Shown here: positions 1 to 15,000 of the stretch, in pieces | Position numbering within the stretch: the first letter of the stretch is position 1 | How the letters are laid out: every line of letters starts with the position of its first letter | NCBI GenBank assembly: GCA_030390025.1 | Contig: CM059432.1 | Location: forward strand, 112,160,001-112,224,000 | DNA from: Squalus acanthias | Lineage: Eukaryota | Reading direction: 5' to 3' | DNA length: 64,000 nucleotides | The notes under the pieces: model-generated | The model's database searches: none | What the model saw: the letters and a program-made list of their open reading frames with translations, nothing else | What the model was told of the DNA's origin: nothing | Made by a program: the position numbers and the translations under genes

Positions 1-3000
1 CCTGGACTAATAATCCAGAGTCCTGGACTAGTAATCCAGAGTCCTGGACTAGTAATCCAGAGTCCTGGACTAATAATCCAGAGTCCTGGACTAATAATCC
101 AGAGTCCTGGACTAGTAATCCAGAGTCCTGGACTAGTAATCCAGAGTCCTGGACTAATAATCCAGAGTCCTGGACTAATAATCCAGAGTCCTGGACTAGT
201 AATCCAGAGTCCTGGACTAGTAATCCAGAGTCCTGGACTAGTAATCCAGAGTCCTGGACTAGTAATCCAGAGTCCTGGACTAATAATCCAGAATCCTGGA
301 CTAAAATTCCAGAGTCCTGGACTAATAATCCAGGGTCCTGGACTAATAATCCAGAGTCCTGGACTAATAATCCAGAGTCCTGGACTAATATTCCAGAGTC
401 CTGGACTAGTAATCCAGAGTCCTGGACCAGTAATCCAGAGTCCTGGACCAGTAATCCAGTGTCCTGGACTAGTAATCCAGAGTCCTGGACTAATAATCCA
501 GAATCCTAGACTAGTAATCCAGAGTCCTGAACTAATATTCCAGAGTCCTGAACTAATAATCCAGAGTCCTGGAACTGTATTCCAGAGTCCTGGACCAGTA
601 ATCCAGTGTCCTGGACCAGTAATCCAGAGTCCTGGACAAATAATCCAGAATCCAAGACTAGTAATCCAGAGTCCTGGACCAGTAATCCAGAGTCCTGGAC
701 TAGTAATCCAGAGTCCTGGACTAGTAATCCAGAGTCCTGGACTAGTAATCCAGAGTCCTGGACTAATAATCCAGAGTCCTGGACTAGTAATCCAGAGTCC
801 TGGACTAATAATCCAGAGTCCTGGACTAGTAATCCAGACTCCTGGACTAATAATCCACTATCCTGGACCAGTAATCCCGTGTCCTGGACTAGTAATCCAG
901 AGTCCTGGACTAATAATCCAGAGTCCTGGACTAGTAATCCAGAGTCCTGGACTAATAATCCAGAGTCCTGAACTAGTAATCCAGAGTCCTGGACTAGTAA
1001 TCCAGACTCCTGGACTAATAATCCAGAGTCCTGGACTAATAATCCAGAGTCCTGAACTAGTAATCCAGAGTCCTGGACTAGTAATCCAGACGCCTTGACT
1101 AATAATCCAGAGTCCTGGACTAATAATCCAGAGTCCTGGACTAGTAATCCAGACTCCTGGACTAATAATCCAGAGTCCTGGTCTAGTAACCCAGAGTCCT
1201 GGACTAGTAACCCAGAGTCCTGAACTAATAATCCAGAATCCTGGACTAATATTCCAGAGTCCTGGACTAATAATCCAGAGTCCTGGACTAGTAATCCAGA
1301 GTCCTGGACTAGTAATCCAGAGTCCTGGACTAGTAATCCAGAGTCCTGGACTAGTAATCCAGAGTCCTGGACTAATAATCCAGAATCCTAGACTAGTAAT
1401 CCAGAGTCCTGACTAATAATCCAGAGTCCTGAACTAATAATCCAGAGTCCTGGACCAGTATTCCAGAGTCCTGGACCAGTAATCCAGTGTCCTGGACCAG
1501 TAATCCAGAGTCCTGGACTAATAATCCAGAGTCCTGGACTAGTAATCCAGAGTCCTGGACCAGTAATCCAGAGTCCTGAACTAATAATCCAGAGTCCTGG
1601 ACTAATAATCCAGAGTCCTGGACTAATAATCCAGAGTCCTGGACTAGTAATCCAGAGTCCTGGACTAGTAATCCAGAGTCCTGGACTAGTAATCCAGAGT
1701 CCTGGACTAGTAATCCAGAGTCCTGGACTAGTAATCCAGAGTCCTGGACTAGTAATCCAGAGTCCTGGACTAATAATCCAGAGTCCTGGACTAGTAATCC
1801 AGAGTCCTGGACCAGTAATCCAGAGTCCTGGACTAGTAATCCAGACTCCTGGACTAGTAATCCAGAGTCCTGGACTAATAATCCAGAGTCCTGGACTAGT
1901 AATCCAGAGTCCTGGACTAGTAATCCAGAGTCCTGGACTAATAATCCAGATTCCTGGACTAATAATCCAGAGTCCTGGACTAGTAATCCAGAGTCCTGGA
2001 CTAGTAATCCAGAGTCCTGGACTAGTAATCCAGAGTCCTGGACTAATAATCCAGAGTCCTGGACTAGTAATCCAGAGTCCTGGACTAGTAATCCAGAGTC
2101 CTGGACTAATAATCCAGAATCCTGGACAAGTAATCCAGAGTCCTGGACTAATAATCCAGAGTCCTGGACTAATAATCCAGAGTCCTGGACTAATAATCCA
2201 GAGTCCTGACTAGTAATCCAGAGTCCTGGACCTAGTAATCCAGAGTCCTGGACCAGTAATCCAGAGTCCTGGACTAGTAATCCAGAGTCCTGGACTAATA
2301 ATCCAGAGTCCAGACTAGTAATCCAGAGTCCTGGACTAGTAATCCAGAGTCCTGGACTAGTAATCCAGAGTCCTGGACTAATAATCCAGAGTCCTGGACT
2401 AGTAATCCAGAGTCCTGGACTAGTAATCCAGAGCTCCTGGACTAGTAATCCAGAGTCCTGGACTAATAATCCAGAGTCCTGACTAGTAATCCAGAGTCCT
2501 GGACTAATAATCCAGAATCCTGGACTAATAATCCAGAGTCCTGGACTAATAATCCAGAGTCCTGGACTAATAATCCAGAGTCCTGACTAGTAATCCAGAG
2601 TCCTGAACTAATAATCCAGAGTCCTGGACTAGTAATCCAGAGTCCTGGACCAGTAATCCAGAGTCCTGGACCAGTAATCCAGAGTCCTGGACCAGTAATC
2701 CAGAGTCCTGGACTAGTAATCCAGAGTCCTGGACTAATAATCCAGAGTCCTGGACTAGTAATCCAGAGTCCTGGACTAATAATCCAGAGTCCTGGACTAG
2801 TAATCCAGAGTCCTGGACTAATAATCCAGAGTCCTGACTAGTAATCCAGAGTCCTGGACTAGTAATCCAGAGTCCTGGACTAATAATCCAGAGTCCTGGA
2901 CCAGTAATCCAGTGTCCTGGACTAGTAATCCAGAGTCCTGGACTAATAATCCAGAGTCCTGGACTAGTAATCCAGAGTCCTGGACTAATAATCCAGAGTC

Positions 3001-6000
3001 CTGAACTAGTAATCCAGAGTCCTGGACTAGTAATCCAGACTCCTGGACTAATAATCCAGAGTCCTGGACTAATAATCCAGAGTCCTGAACTAGTAATCCA
3101 GAGTCCTGGACTAGTAATCCAGACTCCTTGACTAATAATCCAGAGTCCTGGACTAATAATCCAGAGTCCTGGACTAGTAATCCAGACTCCTGGACTAATA
3201 ATCCAGAGTCCTGGACTAGTAATCCAGAGTCCTGGACTAGTAATCCAGAGTCCTGGACTAATAATCCAGATCCTGGACTAAAATCCAGAGTCCTGGACTA
3301 ATAATCCAGAGTCCTGGACTAGTAATCCAGAGTCCTGGACTAATAATCCAGAGTCCTGGACTAATAATCCAGAGTCCTGGACTAATAATCCAGAGTCCTG
3401 GACTAGTAATCCAGAGTCCTGGACTAGTAATCCAGAGTCCTGGACTAGTAATCCAGAGCTCCTGGACTAATAATCCAGAGTCCTGGACTAGTAATCCAGA
3501 GTCCTGGACTAGTAATCCAGAGTCCTGGACTAGTAATCCAGAGTCCTGGACTAGTAATCCAGAGTCCTGGACTAGTAATCCAGAGTCCTGGACTAGTAAT
3601 CCAGAGTCCTGGACTAGTAATCCAGAGTCCTGGACTAATAATCCAGAGTCCTGGACTAGTAATCCAGAGTCCTGGACTAGTAATCCAGAGTCCTGGACTA
3701 ATAATCCAGAGTCCTGGACTAATAATCCAGAGTCCTGGACTAATATTCCAGAGTCCTGGACTAGTAATCCAGAGTCCTGGACTAATAATCCAGAGTCCTG
3801 GACTAATAATCCAGAGTCCTGGACTAGTAATCCAGAGTCCTGGACCAGTAATCCAGAGTCCTGGACCAGTAATCCAGTGTCCTGGACTAGTAATCCAGAG
3901 TCCTGGACTAATAATCCAGAGTCCTGGACTAGTAATCCAGAGTCCTGGACTAATAATCCAGAGTCCTGACTAGTAATCCAGAGTCCTGGACTAATAATCC
4001 AGAGTCCTGGACTAGTAATCCAGAGTCCTGGACCAGTAATCCAGAGTCCTGGACTAGTAATCCAGAGTCCTGGACTAGTAATCCAGAGTCCTGGACTAGT
4101 AATCCAGAGTCCTGGACTAGTAATCCAGAGTCCTGGACTAGTAATCCAGAGTCCTGGACTAATAATCCAGAGTCCTGGACTAATAATCCAGAGTCCTGGA
4201 CTAATAATCCAGAGTCCTGGACTAGTAATCCAGAGTCCTGGACTAGTAATCCAGAGTCCTGGACTAGTAATCCAGAGTCCTGGACTAGTAATCCAGTGTC
4301 CTGGACCAGTAATCCAGTGTCCTGGACTAGTAATCCAGAGTCCTGGACTAATAATCCAGAATCCTAGACTAGTAATCCAGAGTCCTGACTAATATTCCAG
4401 AGTCCTGACTAATAATCCAGAGTCCTGGACCAGTAATCCAGAGTCCTGGACCAGTAATCCAGTGTCCTGGACCAGTAATCCAGAGTCCTGGACTAGTAAT
4501 CCAGAGTCCTGGACTAGTAATCCAGAGTCCTGGACTAGTAATCCAGAGTCCTGGACTAATAATCCAGAGTCCTGGACTAGTAATCCAGAGTCCTGGACTA
4601 ATAATCCAGAGTCCTGGACTATAATCCAGAGTCCTGGACTAGTAATCCAGAGTCCTGGACTAGTAATCCAGAGTCCTGGACAGTAATCCAGAGTCCTGGA
4701 CTATAATCCAGAGTCCTGGACTAATAATCCAGAGTCCTGGACTAGTAATCCAGAGTCCTGGACTAATAATCCAGAGTCCATGACTAGTAATCCAGAGTCC
4801 TGGACTAATAATCCAGAGTCCTGGACTAGTAATCCAGAGTCCTGGACTAGTAATCCAGAGTCCTGGACTAATAATCCAGAGTCCTGGACTAGTAATCCAG
4901 AGTCCTGGACTAGTAATCCAGAGTCCTGGACTAGTAATCCAGAGTCCTGGACTAGTAATCCAGAGTCCTGGACTAATAATCCAGAGTCCTGGACTAGTAA
5001 TCCAGAGTCCTGGACTAGTAATCCAGAGTCCTGGACTAGTAATCCAGAGTCCTGGACTAATAATCCAGAGTCCTGGACTAGTAATCCAGAGTCCTGGACT
5101 AGTAATCCAGAGTCCTGGACTAGTAATCCAGAGTCCTGGACTAATAATCCAGAGTCCTGGACTAATAATCCAGAGTCCTGGACTAGTAATCCAGAGTCCT
5201 GGACTAGTAATCCAGAGTCCTGGACTAATAATCCAGAGTCCTGGACTAGTAATCCAGAGTCCTGGACTAATAATCCAGAGTCCTGGACTAGTAATCCAGA
5301 GTCCTGGACTAATAATCCAGAGTCCTGGACTAATAATCCAGAGTCCTGGACTAGTAATCCAGAGTCCTGGACTAATAATCCAGAGTCCTGGACTAGTAAT
5401 CCAGAGTCCTGGACTAGTAATCCAGAGTCCTGGACTAGTAATCCAGAGTCCTGGACTAGTAATCCAGAGTCCTGGACTAATAATCCAGAGTCCTGGACTA
5501 GTAATCCAGAGTCCTGGACTAGTAATCCAGAGTCCTGGACTAGTAATCCAGAGTCCTGGACTAGTAATCCAGAGTCCTGGACTAGTAATCCAGAGTCCTG
5601 GACTAGTAATCCAGAGTCCTGGACTAATAATCCAGAGTCCTGGACTAATAATCCAGAGTCCTGGACTAGTAATCCAGAGTCCTGGACTAATAATCCAGAG
5701 TCCTGGACTAGTAATCCAGAGTCCTGGACTAGTAATCCAGAGTCCTGGACTAGTAATCCAGAGTCCTGGACTAATAATCCAGAGTCCTGGACTAGTAATC
5801 CAGAGTCCTGGACTAGTAATCCAGAGTCCTGGACTAGTAATCCAGAGTCCTGGACTAGTAATCCAGAGTCCTGGACTAGTAATCCAGAGTCCTGGACTAG
5901 TAATCCAGAGTCCTGGACTAGTAATCCAGAGTCCTGGACTAGTAATCCAGAGTCCTGGACAAGTAATCCAGAGTCCTGGACTAGTAATCCAGAGTCCTGG

Positions 6001-9000
6001 ACTAATAATCCAGAGTCCTGGACTAGTAATCCAGAGTCCTGGACTAGTAATCCAGAGTCCATGACTAGTAATCCAGAGTCCTGGACTAGTAATCCAGAGT
6101 CCTGGACTAATAATCCAGAGTCCTGGACTAATAATCCAGAGTCCTGGACTAGTAATCCAGAGTCCTGGACTAGTAATCCAGAGTCCTGGACTAATAATCC
6201 AGAGTCCTGGACTAATAATCCAGAGTCCTGGACTAGTAATCCAGAGTCCTGGACTAATAATCCAGAGTCCTGGACTAGTAATCCAGAGTCCTGGACTAGT
6301 AATCCAGAGTCCTGGACTAATAATCCAGAGTCCTGGACTAGTAATCCAGAGTCCTGGACTAGTAATCCAGAGTCCTGGACTAATAATCCAGAGTCCTGGA
6401 CTAATAATCCAGAGTCCTGGACTAATAATCCAGAGTCCTGGACTAGTAATCCAGAGTCCTGGACCAGTAATCCAGAGTCCTGGACTAGTAATCCAGAGTC
6501 CTGGACTAGTAATCCAGAGTCCTGGACTAATAATCCAGAGTCCTGGACTAGTAATCCAGAGTCCTGGACTAATAATCCAGAGTCCTGGACTAATAATCCA
6601 GAGTCCTGGACTAGTAATCCAGAGTCCTGGACTAGTAATCCAGAGTCCTGGACTAGTAATCCAGAGTCCTGGACTAATAATCCAGAGTCCTGGACTAGTA
6701 ATCCAGAGTCCTGGACTAGTAATCCAGAGTCCTGGACTAATAATCCAGAGTCCTGGACTAATAATCCAGAGTCCTGGACTAGTAATCCAGAGTCCATGAC
6801 TAATAATCCAGAGTCCTGGACTAGTAATCCAGAGTCCTGGACTAGTAATCCAGAGTCCTGGACTAGTAATCCAGAGTCCTGGACTAGTAATCCAGAGTCC
6901 TGGACTAGTAATCCAGAGTCCTGGACTAGTAATCCAGAGTCCTGGACTAGTAATCCAGAGTCCTGGACTAGTAATCCAGAGTCCTGGACTAGTAATCCAG
7001 AGTCCTGGACTAATAATCCAGAGTCCTGGACTAGTAATCCAGAGTCCTGGACTAGTAATCCAGAGTCCTGGACTAGTAATCCAGAGTCCTGGACTAGTAA
7101 TCCAGAGTCCTGGACTAGTAATCCAGAGTCCTGGACTAGTAATCCAGAGTCCTGGACTAGTAATCCAGAGTCCTGGACTAATAATCCAGATTCCTGGACT
7201 AGTAATCCAGAGTCCTGGACTAGTAATCCAGAGTCCTGACTAGTAATCCAGAGTCCTGGACCAGTAATCCAGAGTCCTGGACCAGTAATCCAGAGTCCTG
7301 GACTAGTAATCCAGAGTCCTGGACTAGTAATCCAGAGTCCTGGACTAATAATCCAGAGTCCTGGACTAGTAATCCAGAGTCCTGGACTAATAATCCAGAG
7401 TCCTGGACTAGTATCCAGAGTCCTGGACTAATATCCAGAGTCCTGGACTAGTAATCCAGAGTCCTGGACTAGTAATCCAGAGTCCTGGACTAGTAATCCA
7501 GAGTCCTGGACTAGTAATCCAGAGTCCTGGACTAGTAATCCAGAGTCCTGGACTAAGTAATCCAGAGTCCTGACTAGTAATCCAGAGTCCTGGACTAATA
7601 ATCCAGAGTCCTGACTAATAATCCAGAGTCCTGGACTAGTAATCCAGAGTCCTGGACTAGTAATCCAGAGTCCTGGACTAGTAATCCAGAGTCCTTGACT
7701 AAGTAATCCAGAGTCCTGACTAGTAATCCAGAGTCCTGGACTAGTAATCCAGAGTCCTGGACTAATAATCCAGAGTCCTGGACTAGTAACCCAGAGTCCT
7801 GGGCTAGTAACCCAGAGTCCTGGACTAATAATCCAGAATCCTGGGTAAAAATTCCAGAGTCCTGGACTAATATTCCAGTGTCCTGGACTAATAATCCAGA
7901 GTCCTGGACTAATATTCCAGAGTCCTGGACTAATATTCCAGAGTCCTGGACTAGTAATCCAGAGTCCTGGACCAGTAATCCAGAGTCCTGGACCAGTAAT
8001 CCAGTGTCCTGGACTAGTAATCCAGAGTCCTGGACTAATAATCCAGAATCCTAGACTAGTAATCCAGAGTCCTGAACTAATATTCCAGAGTCCTGAACTA
8101 ATAATCCAGAGTCCTGGAACTGTATTCCAGAGTCCTGGACCAGTAATCCAGTGTCCTGGACCAGTAATCCAGAGTCCTGGACAAATAATCCAGAATCCAA
8201 GACTAGTAATCCAGAGTCCTGGACCAGTATTCCAGAGTCCTGGACCAGTAATCCAGTGTCCTGGACCAGTAATCCAGTGTCCTGGACTAGTAATCCAGAG
8301 TCCTGGACTAGTAATCCAGAGTCCTGGACTAGTAATCCAGAGTCCTGGACTAGTAATCCAGAGTCCTGGACTAGTAATCCAGAGTCCTGGACTAATAATC
8401 CAGAGTCCTGGACTAGTAATCCAGAGTCCTGGACTAGTAATCCAGAGTCCTGGACTAGTAATCCAGAGTCCTGGACTAATAATCCAGAGTCCTGGACTAG
8501 TAATCCAGAGTCCTGGACTAGTAATCCAGAGTCCTGGACTAATAATCCAGAGTCCTGGACTAATAATCCAGAGTCCTGACTAGTAATCCAGAGTCCTGGA
8601 CTAGTAATCCAGAGTCCTGGACTAATAATCCAGAGTCCTGGACTAATAATCCAGAGTCCTGGACTAGTAATCCAGAGTCCTGGACTAATAATCCAGAGTC
8701 CTGGACTAGTAATCCAGAGTCCTGGACTAGTAATCCAGAGTCCTGGACTAATAATCCAGAGTCCTGGACTAGTAATCCAGAGTCCTGGACTAATAATCCA
8801 GAGTCCTGGACTAGTAATCCAGAGTCCTGGACTAGTAATCCAGAGTCCTGGACTAGTAATCCAGAGTCCTGGACTAGTAATCCAGAGTCCTGGACTAATA
8901 ATCCAGAGTCCTGGACTAGTAATCCAGAGTCCTGGACTAATAATCCAGAGTCCTGACTAATAATCCAGAGTCCTGGACTAGTAATCCAGAGTCCTGGACT

Positions 9001-12000
9001 AGTAATCCAGAGTCCTGGACCAGTAATCCAGAGTCCTGGACAAGTAATCCAGAGTCCTGGACTAGTAATCCAGAGTCCTGGACCAGTAATCCAGAGTCCT
9101 GGACTAATAATCCAGAGTCCTGGACTAATAATCCAGAGTCCTGGACTAATAATCCAGAGTCCTGGACTAATAATCCAGAGTCCTGGACTAATAATCCAGA
9201 GTCCTGGACTAATATTCCAGAGTCCTGGACTAGTAATCCAGAGTCCTGGACTAGTAATCCAGAGTCCTGGACTAGTAATCCAGAGTCCTGGACTAATAAT
9301 CCAGAGTCCTGGACTAGTAATCCAGAGTCCTGGACTAGTAATCCAGACTCCTGGACTAATAATCCAGAGTCCTGGACTAGTAATCCAGACTCCTGGACTA
9401 ATAATCCAGAGTCCTGGACTAGTAATCCAGAGTCCTGTACCAGTAATCCAGAGTCCTGGACTAGTAATCCAGACTCCTGGACTAATAATCCAGATTCCTG
9501 GACTAATAATCCAGAGTCCTGGACTAGTAATCCAGACTCCTGGACTAATAATCCAGAGTCCTGGACTAGTAATCCAGAGTCCTGGACTAATAATCCAGAG
9601 TCCTGGACTAGTAATCCAGACTCCTGGACTAATAATCCAGAGTCCTGGACTAGAAATCCAGACTCCTGGACTAATAATCCAGAGTCCTGGACTAGTAACC
9701 CAGAGTCCTGGACTAGTAACCCAGAGTCCTGGACTAATAATCCAGAATCCTGGACAAAAATTCCAGAGTCCTGGACTAATATTCCAGAGTCCTGGACTAA
9801 TAATCCAGAGTCCTGGACTAATAATCCAGAGTCCTGGACTAGTAATCCAGAGTCCTGGACTAGTAATCCAGAGTCCTGGACCAGTAATCCAGAGTCCTGG
9901 ACTAATAATCCAGAGTCCTGGACTAGTAATCCAGAGTCCTGGACCAGTAATCCAGAGTCCTGGACTAGTAATCCAGAGTCCTGGACTAATAATCCAGAGT
10001 CCTGGACTAATAATCCAGAGTCCTGGACTAGTAATCCAGAGTCCTGGACTAATAATCCAGAGTCCTGGACTAATAATCCAGAGTCCTGGACTAGTAATCC
10101 AGAGTCCTGGACTAATAATCCAGAGTCCTGGACTAATAATCCAGAGTCCTGGACTAATAATCCAGAGTCCTGGACTAATAATCCAGAGTCCTGGACTAGT
10201 AATCCAGAGTCCTGGACTAATAATCCAGAGTCCTGGACTATTAATCCAGAGTCCTGGACCAGTAATCCAGAGTCCTGGACTAGTAATCCAGAGTCCTGGA
10301 CCAGTAATCCAGAGTCCTGGACTAGTAATCCAGAGTCCTGGACTAATAATCCAGAGTCCTGGACTAGTAATCCAGAGTCCTGGACTAATAATCCAGAGTC
10401 CTGGACTAGTAATCCAGAGTCCTGGACTAATAATCCAGAGTCCTGGACTAGTAATCCAGAGTCCTGGACTAGTAATCCAGAGTCCTGGACTAGTAATCCA
10501 GAGTCCTGGACTAGTAATCCAGAGTCCTGGACTAGTAATCCAGAGTCCTGGACTAATAATCCAGAGTCCTGGACTAGTAATCCAGAGTCCTGGACTAATA
10601 ATCCAGAGTCCTGACTAGTAATCCAGAGTCCTGGACTAGTAATCCAGAGTCCTGGACTAGTAATCCAGAGTCCTGGACTAGTAATCCAGAGTCCTGGACT
10701 AGTAATCCAGAGTCCTGGACTAGTAATCCAGAGTCCTGGACTAATAATCCAGAGTCCTGGACTAATAATCCAGAGTCCTGGACTAGTAATCCAGAGTCCT
10801 GGACTAATAATCCAGACTCCTGGACTAATAATCCAGAGTCCTGGACTAGTAACCCAGAGTCCTGGACTAGTAACCCAGAGTCCTGGACTAATAATCCAGA
10901 ATCCTGGACAAAAATTCCAGAGTCCTGGACTAATATTCCAGAGTCCTGGACTAATAATCCAGAGTCCTGGACTAATAATCCAGAGTCCTGGACTAATATT
11001 CCAGAGTCCTGGACTAGTAATCCAGAGTCCTGGACCAGTAATCCAGAGTCCTGGACCAGTAATCCAGTGTCCTGGACTAGTAATCCAGAGTCCTGGACTA
11101 ATAATCCAGAATCCTAGACTAGTAATCCAGAGTCCTGAACTAATATTCCAGAGTCCTGAACTAATAATCCAGAGTCCTGGAACTGTATTCCAGAGTCCTG
11201 GACCAGTAATCCAGTGTCCTGGACCAGTAATCCAGAGTCCTGGACAAATAATCCAGAATCCAAGACTAGTAATCCAGAGTCCTGGACCAGTAATCCAGGG
11301 TCCTGAACTAATAATCCAGAGTCCTGGACTAATAATCCAGAGTCCTGGACTAATAATCCAGAGTCCTGGACTAATAATCCAGAGTCCTGGACTAGTAATC
11401 CAGAGTCCTGGACTAATAATCCAGAGTCCTGGACTAGTAATCCAGAGTCCTGGACTAGTAATCCAGAGTCCTGGACTAGTAATCCAGAGTCCTGGACTAG
11501 TAATCCAGAGTCCTGGACTAGTAATCCAGAGTCCTGGACTAATAATCCAGAGTCCTGACTAGTAATCCAGAGTCCTGGACTAATAATCCAGAGTCCTGGA
11601 CTAATAATCCAGAGTCCTGGACTAGTAATCCAGAGTCCTGGACTAGTAATCCAGAGTCCTGGACTAGTAATCCAGAGTCCTGGACTAGTAATCCAGAGTC
11701 CTGGACTAGTAATCCAGAGTCCTGGACTAGTAATCCAGAGTCCTGGACTAATAATCCAGAGTCCTGGACTAATAATCCAGAGTCCTGGACTAATAATCCA
11801 GAGTCCTGGACTAGTAATCCAGAGTCCTGGACTATTAATCCAGAGTCCTGGACCAGTAATCCAGAGTCCTGGACCAGTAATCCAGAGTCCTGGACCAGTA
11901 ATCCAGAGTCCTGGACTAGTAATCCAGAGTCCTGGACTAGTAATCCAGAGTCCTGGACTAATAATCCAGAGTCCTGGACTAGTAATCCAGAGTCCTGGAC

Positions 12001-15000
12001 TAATAATCCAGAGTCCTGGACTAGTAATCCAGAGTCCTGGACTAATAATCCAGAGTCCTGGACTAGTAATCCAGAGTCCTGGACTAGTAATCCAGAGTCC
12101 TGGACTAATAATCCAGAGTCCTGGACAAGTAATCCAGAGTCCTGGACTAGTAATCCAGAGTCCTGGACTAATAATCCAGAGTCCTGACTAGTAATCCAGA
12201 GTCCTGGACTAGTAATCCAGAGTCCTGGACTAATAATCCAGAGTCCTGGACTAATAATCCAGAGTCCTGGACTAGTAATCCAGAGTCCTGGACTAGTAAT
12301 CCAGACTCCTGGACTAATAATCCAGAGTCCTGGACTAGTAATCCAGAGTCCTGGACTAGTAATCCAGAGTCCTGGACTAGTAATCCAGAGTCCTGGACTA
12401 GTAATCCAGAGTCCTGGACTAATAATCCAGAGTCCTGGACTAGTAATCCAGAGTCCTGGACTAGTAATCCAGAGTCCTGGACTAGTAATCCAGAGTCCTG
12501 GACTAGTAATCCAGAGTCCTGGACTAGTAATCCAGAGTCCTGGACTAATAATCCAGAGTCCTGGACTAGTAATCCAGAGTCCTGGACTAGTAATCCAGAG
12601 TCCTGGACTAATAATCCAGAGTCCTGGACTAGTAATCCAGAGTCCTGGACTAGTAATCCAGAGTCCTGGACTAGTAATCCAGAGTCCTGGACTAGTAATC
12701 CAGAGTCCTGGACTAGTAATCCAGAGTCCTGGACTAGTAATCCAGAGTCCTGGACTAATAATCCAGAGTCCTGGACTAATAATCCAGAGTCCTGGACTAG
12801 TAATCCAGAGTCCTGGACTAGTAATCCAGAGTCCTGGACTAATAATCCAGAGTCCTGGACTAATAATCCAGAGTCCTGGACTAATAATCCAGAGTCCTGG
12901 ACTAGTAATCCAGAGTCCTGGACTAATAATCCAGAGTCCTGGACTAGTAATCCAGAGTCCTGGACTAGTAATCCAGAGTCCTGGACTAGTAATCCAGAGT
13001 CCTGGACTAGTAATCCAGAGTCCTGGACTAGTAATCCAGAGTCCTGGACTAGTAATCCAGAGTCCTGGACTAATAATCCAGAGTCCTGGACTAATAATCC
13101 AGAGTCCTGGACTAGTAATCCAGAGTCCTGGACTAATAATCCAGAGTCCTGGACTAGTAATCCAGAGTCCTGGACTAATAATCCAGAGTCCTGGACTAGT
13201 AATCCAGAGTCCTGGACTAGTAATCCAGAGTCCTGGACCAGTAATCCAGTGTCCTGGACTAGTAATCCAGAGTCCTGGACTAATAATCCAGAGTCCTGGA
13301 CTAGTAATCCAGAGTCCTGGACTAATAATCCAGAGTCCTGGACTAATAATCCAGAGTCCTGGACTAATAATCCAGAGTCCTGGACTAGTAATCCAGAGTC
13401 CTGGACTAGTAATCCAGAGTCCTGGACTAGTAATCCAGAGTCCTGGACTAGTAATCCAGAGTCCTGGACTAGTAATCCAGAGTCCTGGACTAGTAATCCA
13501 GAGTCCTGGACTAATAATCCAGAGTCCTGGACTAGTAATCCAGAGTCCTGGACTAGTAATCCAGAGTCCTGGACTAGTAATCCAGAGTCCTGGACTAGTA
13601 ATCCAGAGTCCTGGACTAATAATCCAGAGTCCTGGACTAGTAATCCAGAGTCCTGGACTAGTAATCCAGAGTCCTGGACTAATAATCCAGAGTCCTGGAC
13701 TAATAATCCAGAGTCCTGGACTAATAATCCAGAGTCCTGGACTAATAATCCAGAGTCCTGGACTAGTAATCCAGAGTCCTGGACTAGTAATCCAGAGTCC
13801 TGGACTAGTAATCCAGAGTCCTGGACTAGTAATCCAGAGTCCTGGACTAGTAATCCAGAGTCCTGGACTAGTAATCCAGAGTCCTGGACTAGTAATCCAG
13901 AGTCCTGGACTAGTAATCCAGAGTCCTGGACTAATAATCCAGAGTCCTGGACTAGTAATCCAGAGTCCTGGACTAGTAATCCAGAGTCCTGGACTAGTAA
14001 TCCAGAGTCCATGACTAATAATCCAGAGTCCTGGACTAATAATCCAGAGTCCTGGACTAATAATCCAGAGTCCTGGACTAATAATCCAGAGTCCTGGACT
14101 AATAATCCAGAGTCCATGACTAGTAATCCAGAGTCCTGGACTAATAATCCAGAGTCCTGGACTAGTAATCCAGAGTCCTGGACCAGTAATCCAGAGTCCT
14201 GGACCAGTAATCCAGAGTCCTGGACCAGTAATCCAGAGTCCTGGACTAGTAATCCAGAGTCCTGGACTAATAATCCAGAGTCCTGGACTAGTAATCCAGA
14301 GTCCTGGACTAATAATCCAGAGTCCTGGACTAGTAATCCAGAGTCCTGGACTAATAATCCAGAGTCCTGGACTAGTAATCCAGAGTCCTGGACTAGTAAT
14401 CCAGAGTCCTGGACTAGTAATCCAGAGTCCTGGACTAGTAATCCAGAGTCCATGACTAGTAATCCAGAGTCCTGGACTAATAATCCAGAGTCCTGGACTA
14501 GTAATCCAGAGTCCTGGACTAGTAATCCAGAGTCCTGGACTAATAATCCAGAGTCCTGGACTAGTAATCCAGAGTCCTGGACTAGTAATCCAGAGTCCTG
14601 GACTAGTAATCCAGAGTCCTGGACTAGTAATCCAGAGTCCTGGACTAGTAATCCAGAGTCCTGGACTAGTAATCCAGAGTCCTGGACTAATAATCCAGAG
14701 TCCTGGACTAGTAATCCAGAGTCCTGGACTAGTAATCCAGAGTCCTGGACTAGTAATCCAGAGTCCTGGACTAATAATCCAGAGTCCTGGACTAGTAATC
14801 CAGAGTCCTGGACTAGTAATCCAGAGTCCTGGACTAGTAATCCAGAGTCCTGGACTAGTAATCCAGAGTCCTGGACTAGTAATCCAGAGTCCTGGACTAG
14901 TAATCCAGAGTCCTGGACTAATAATCCAGAGTCCTGGACTAGTAATCCAGAGTCCTGGACTAGTAATCCAGAGTCCTGGACTAGTAATCCAGAGTCCTGG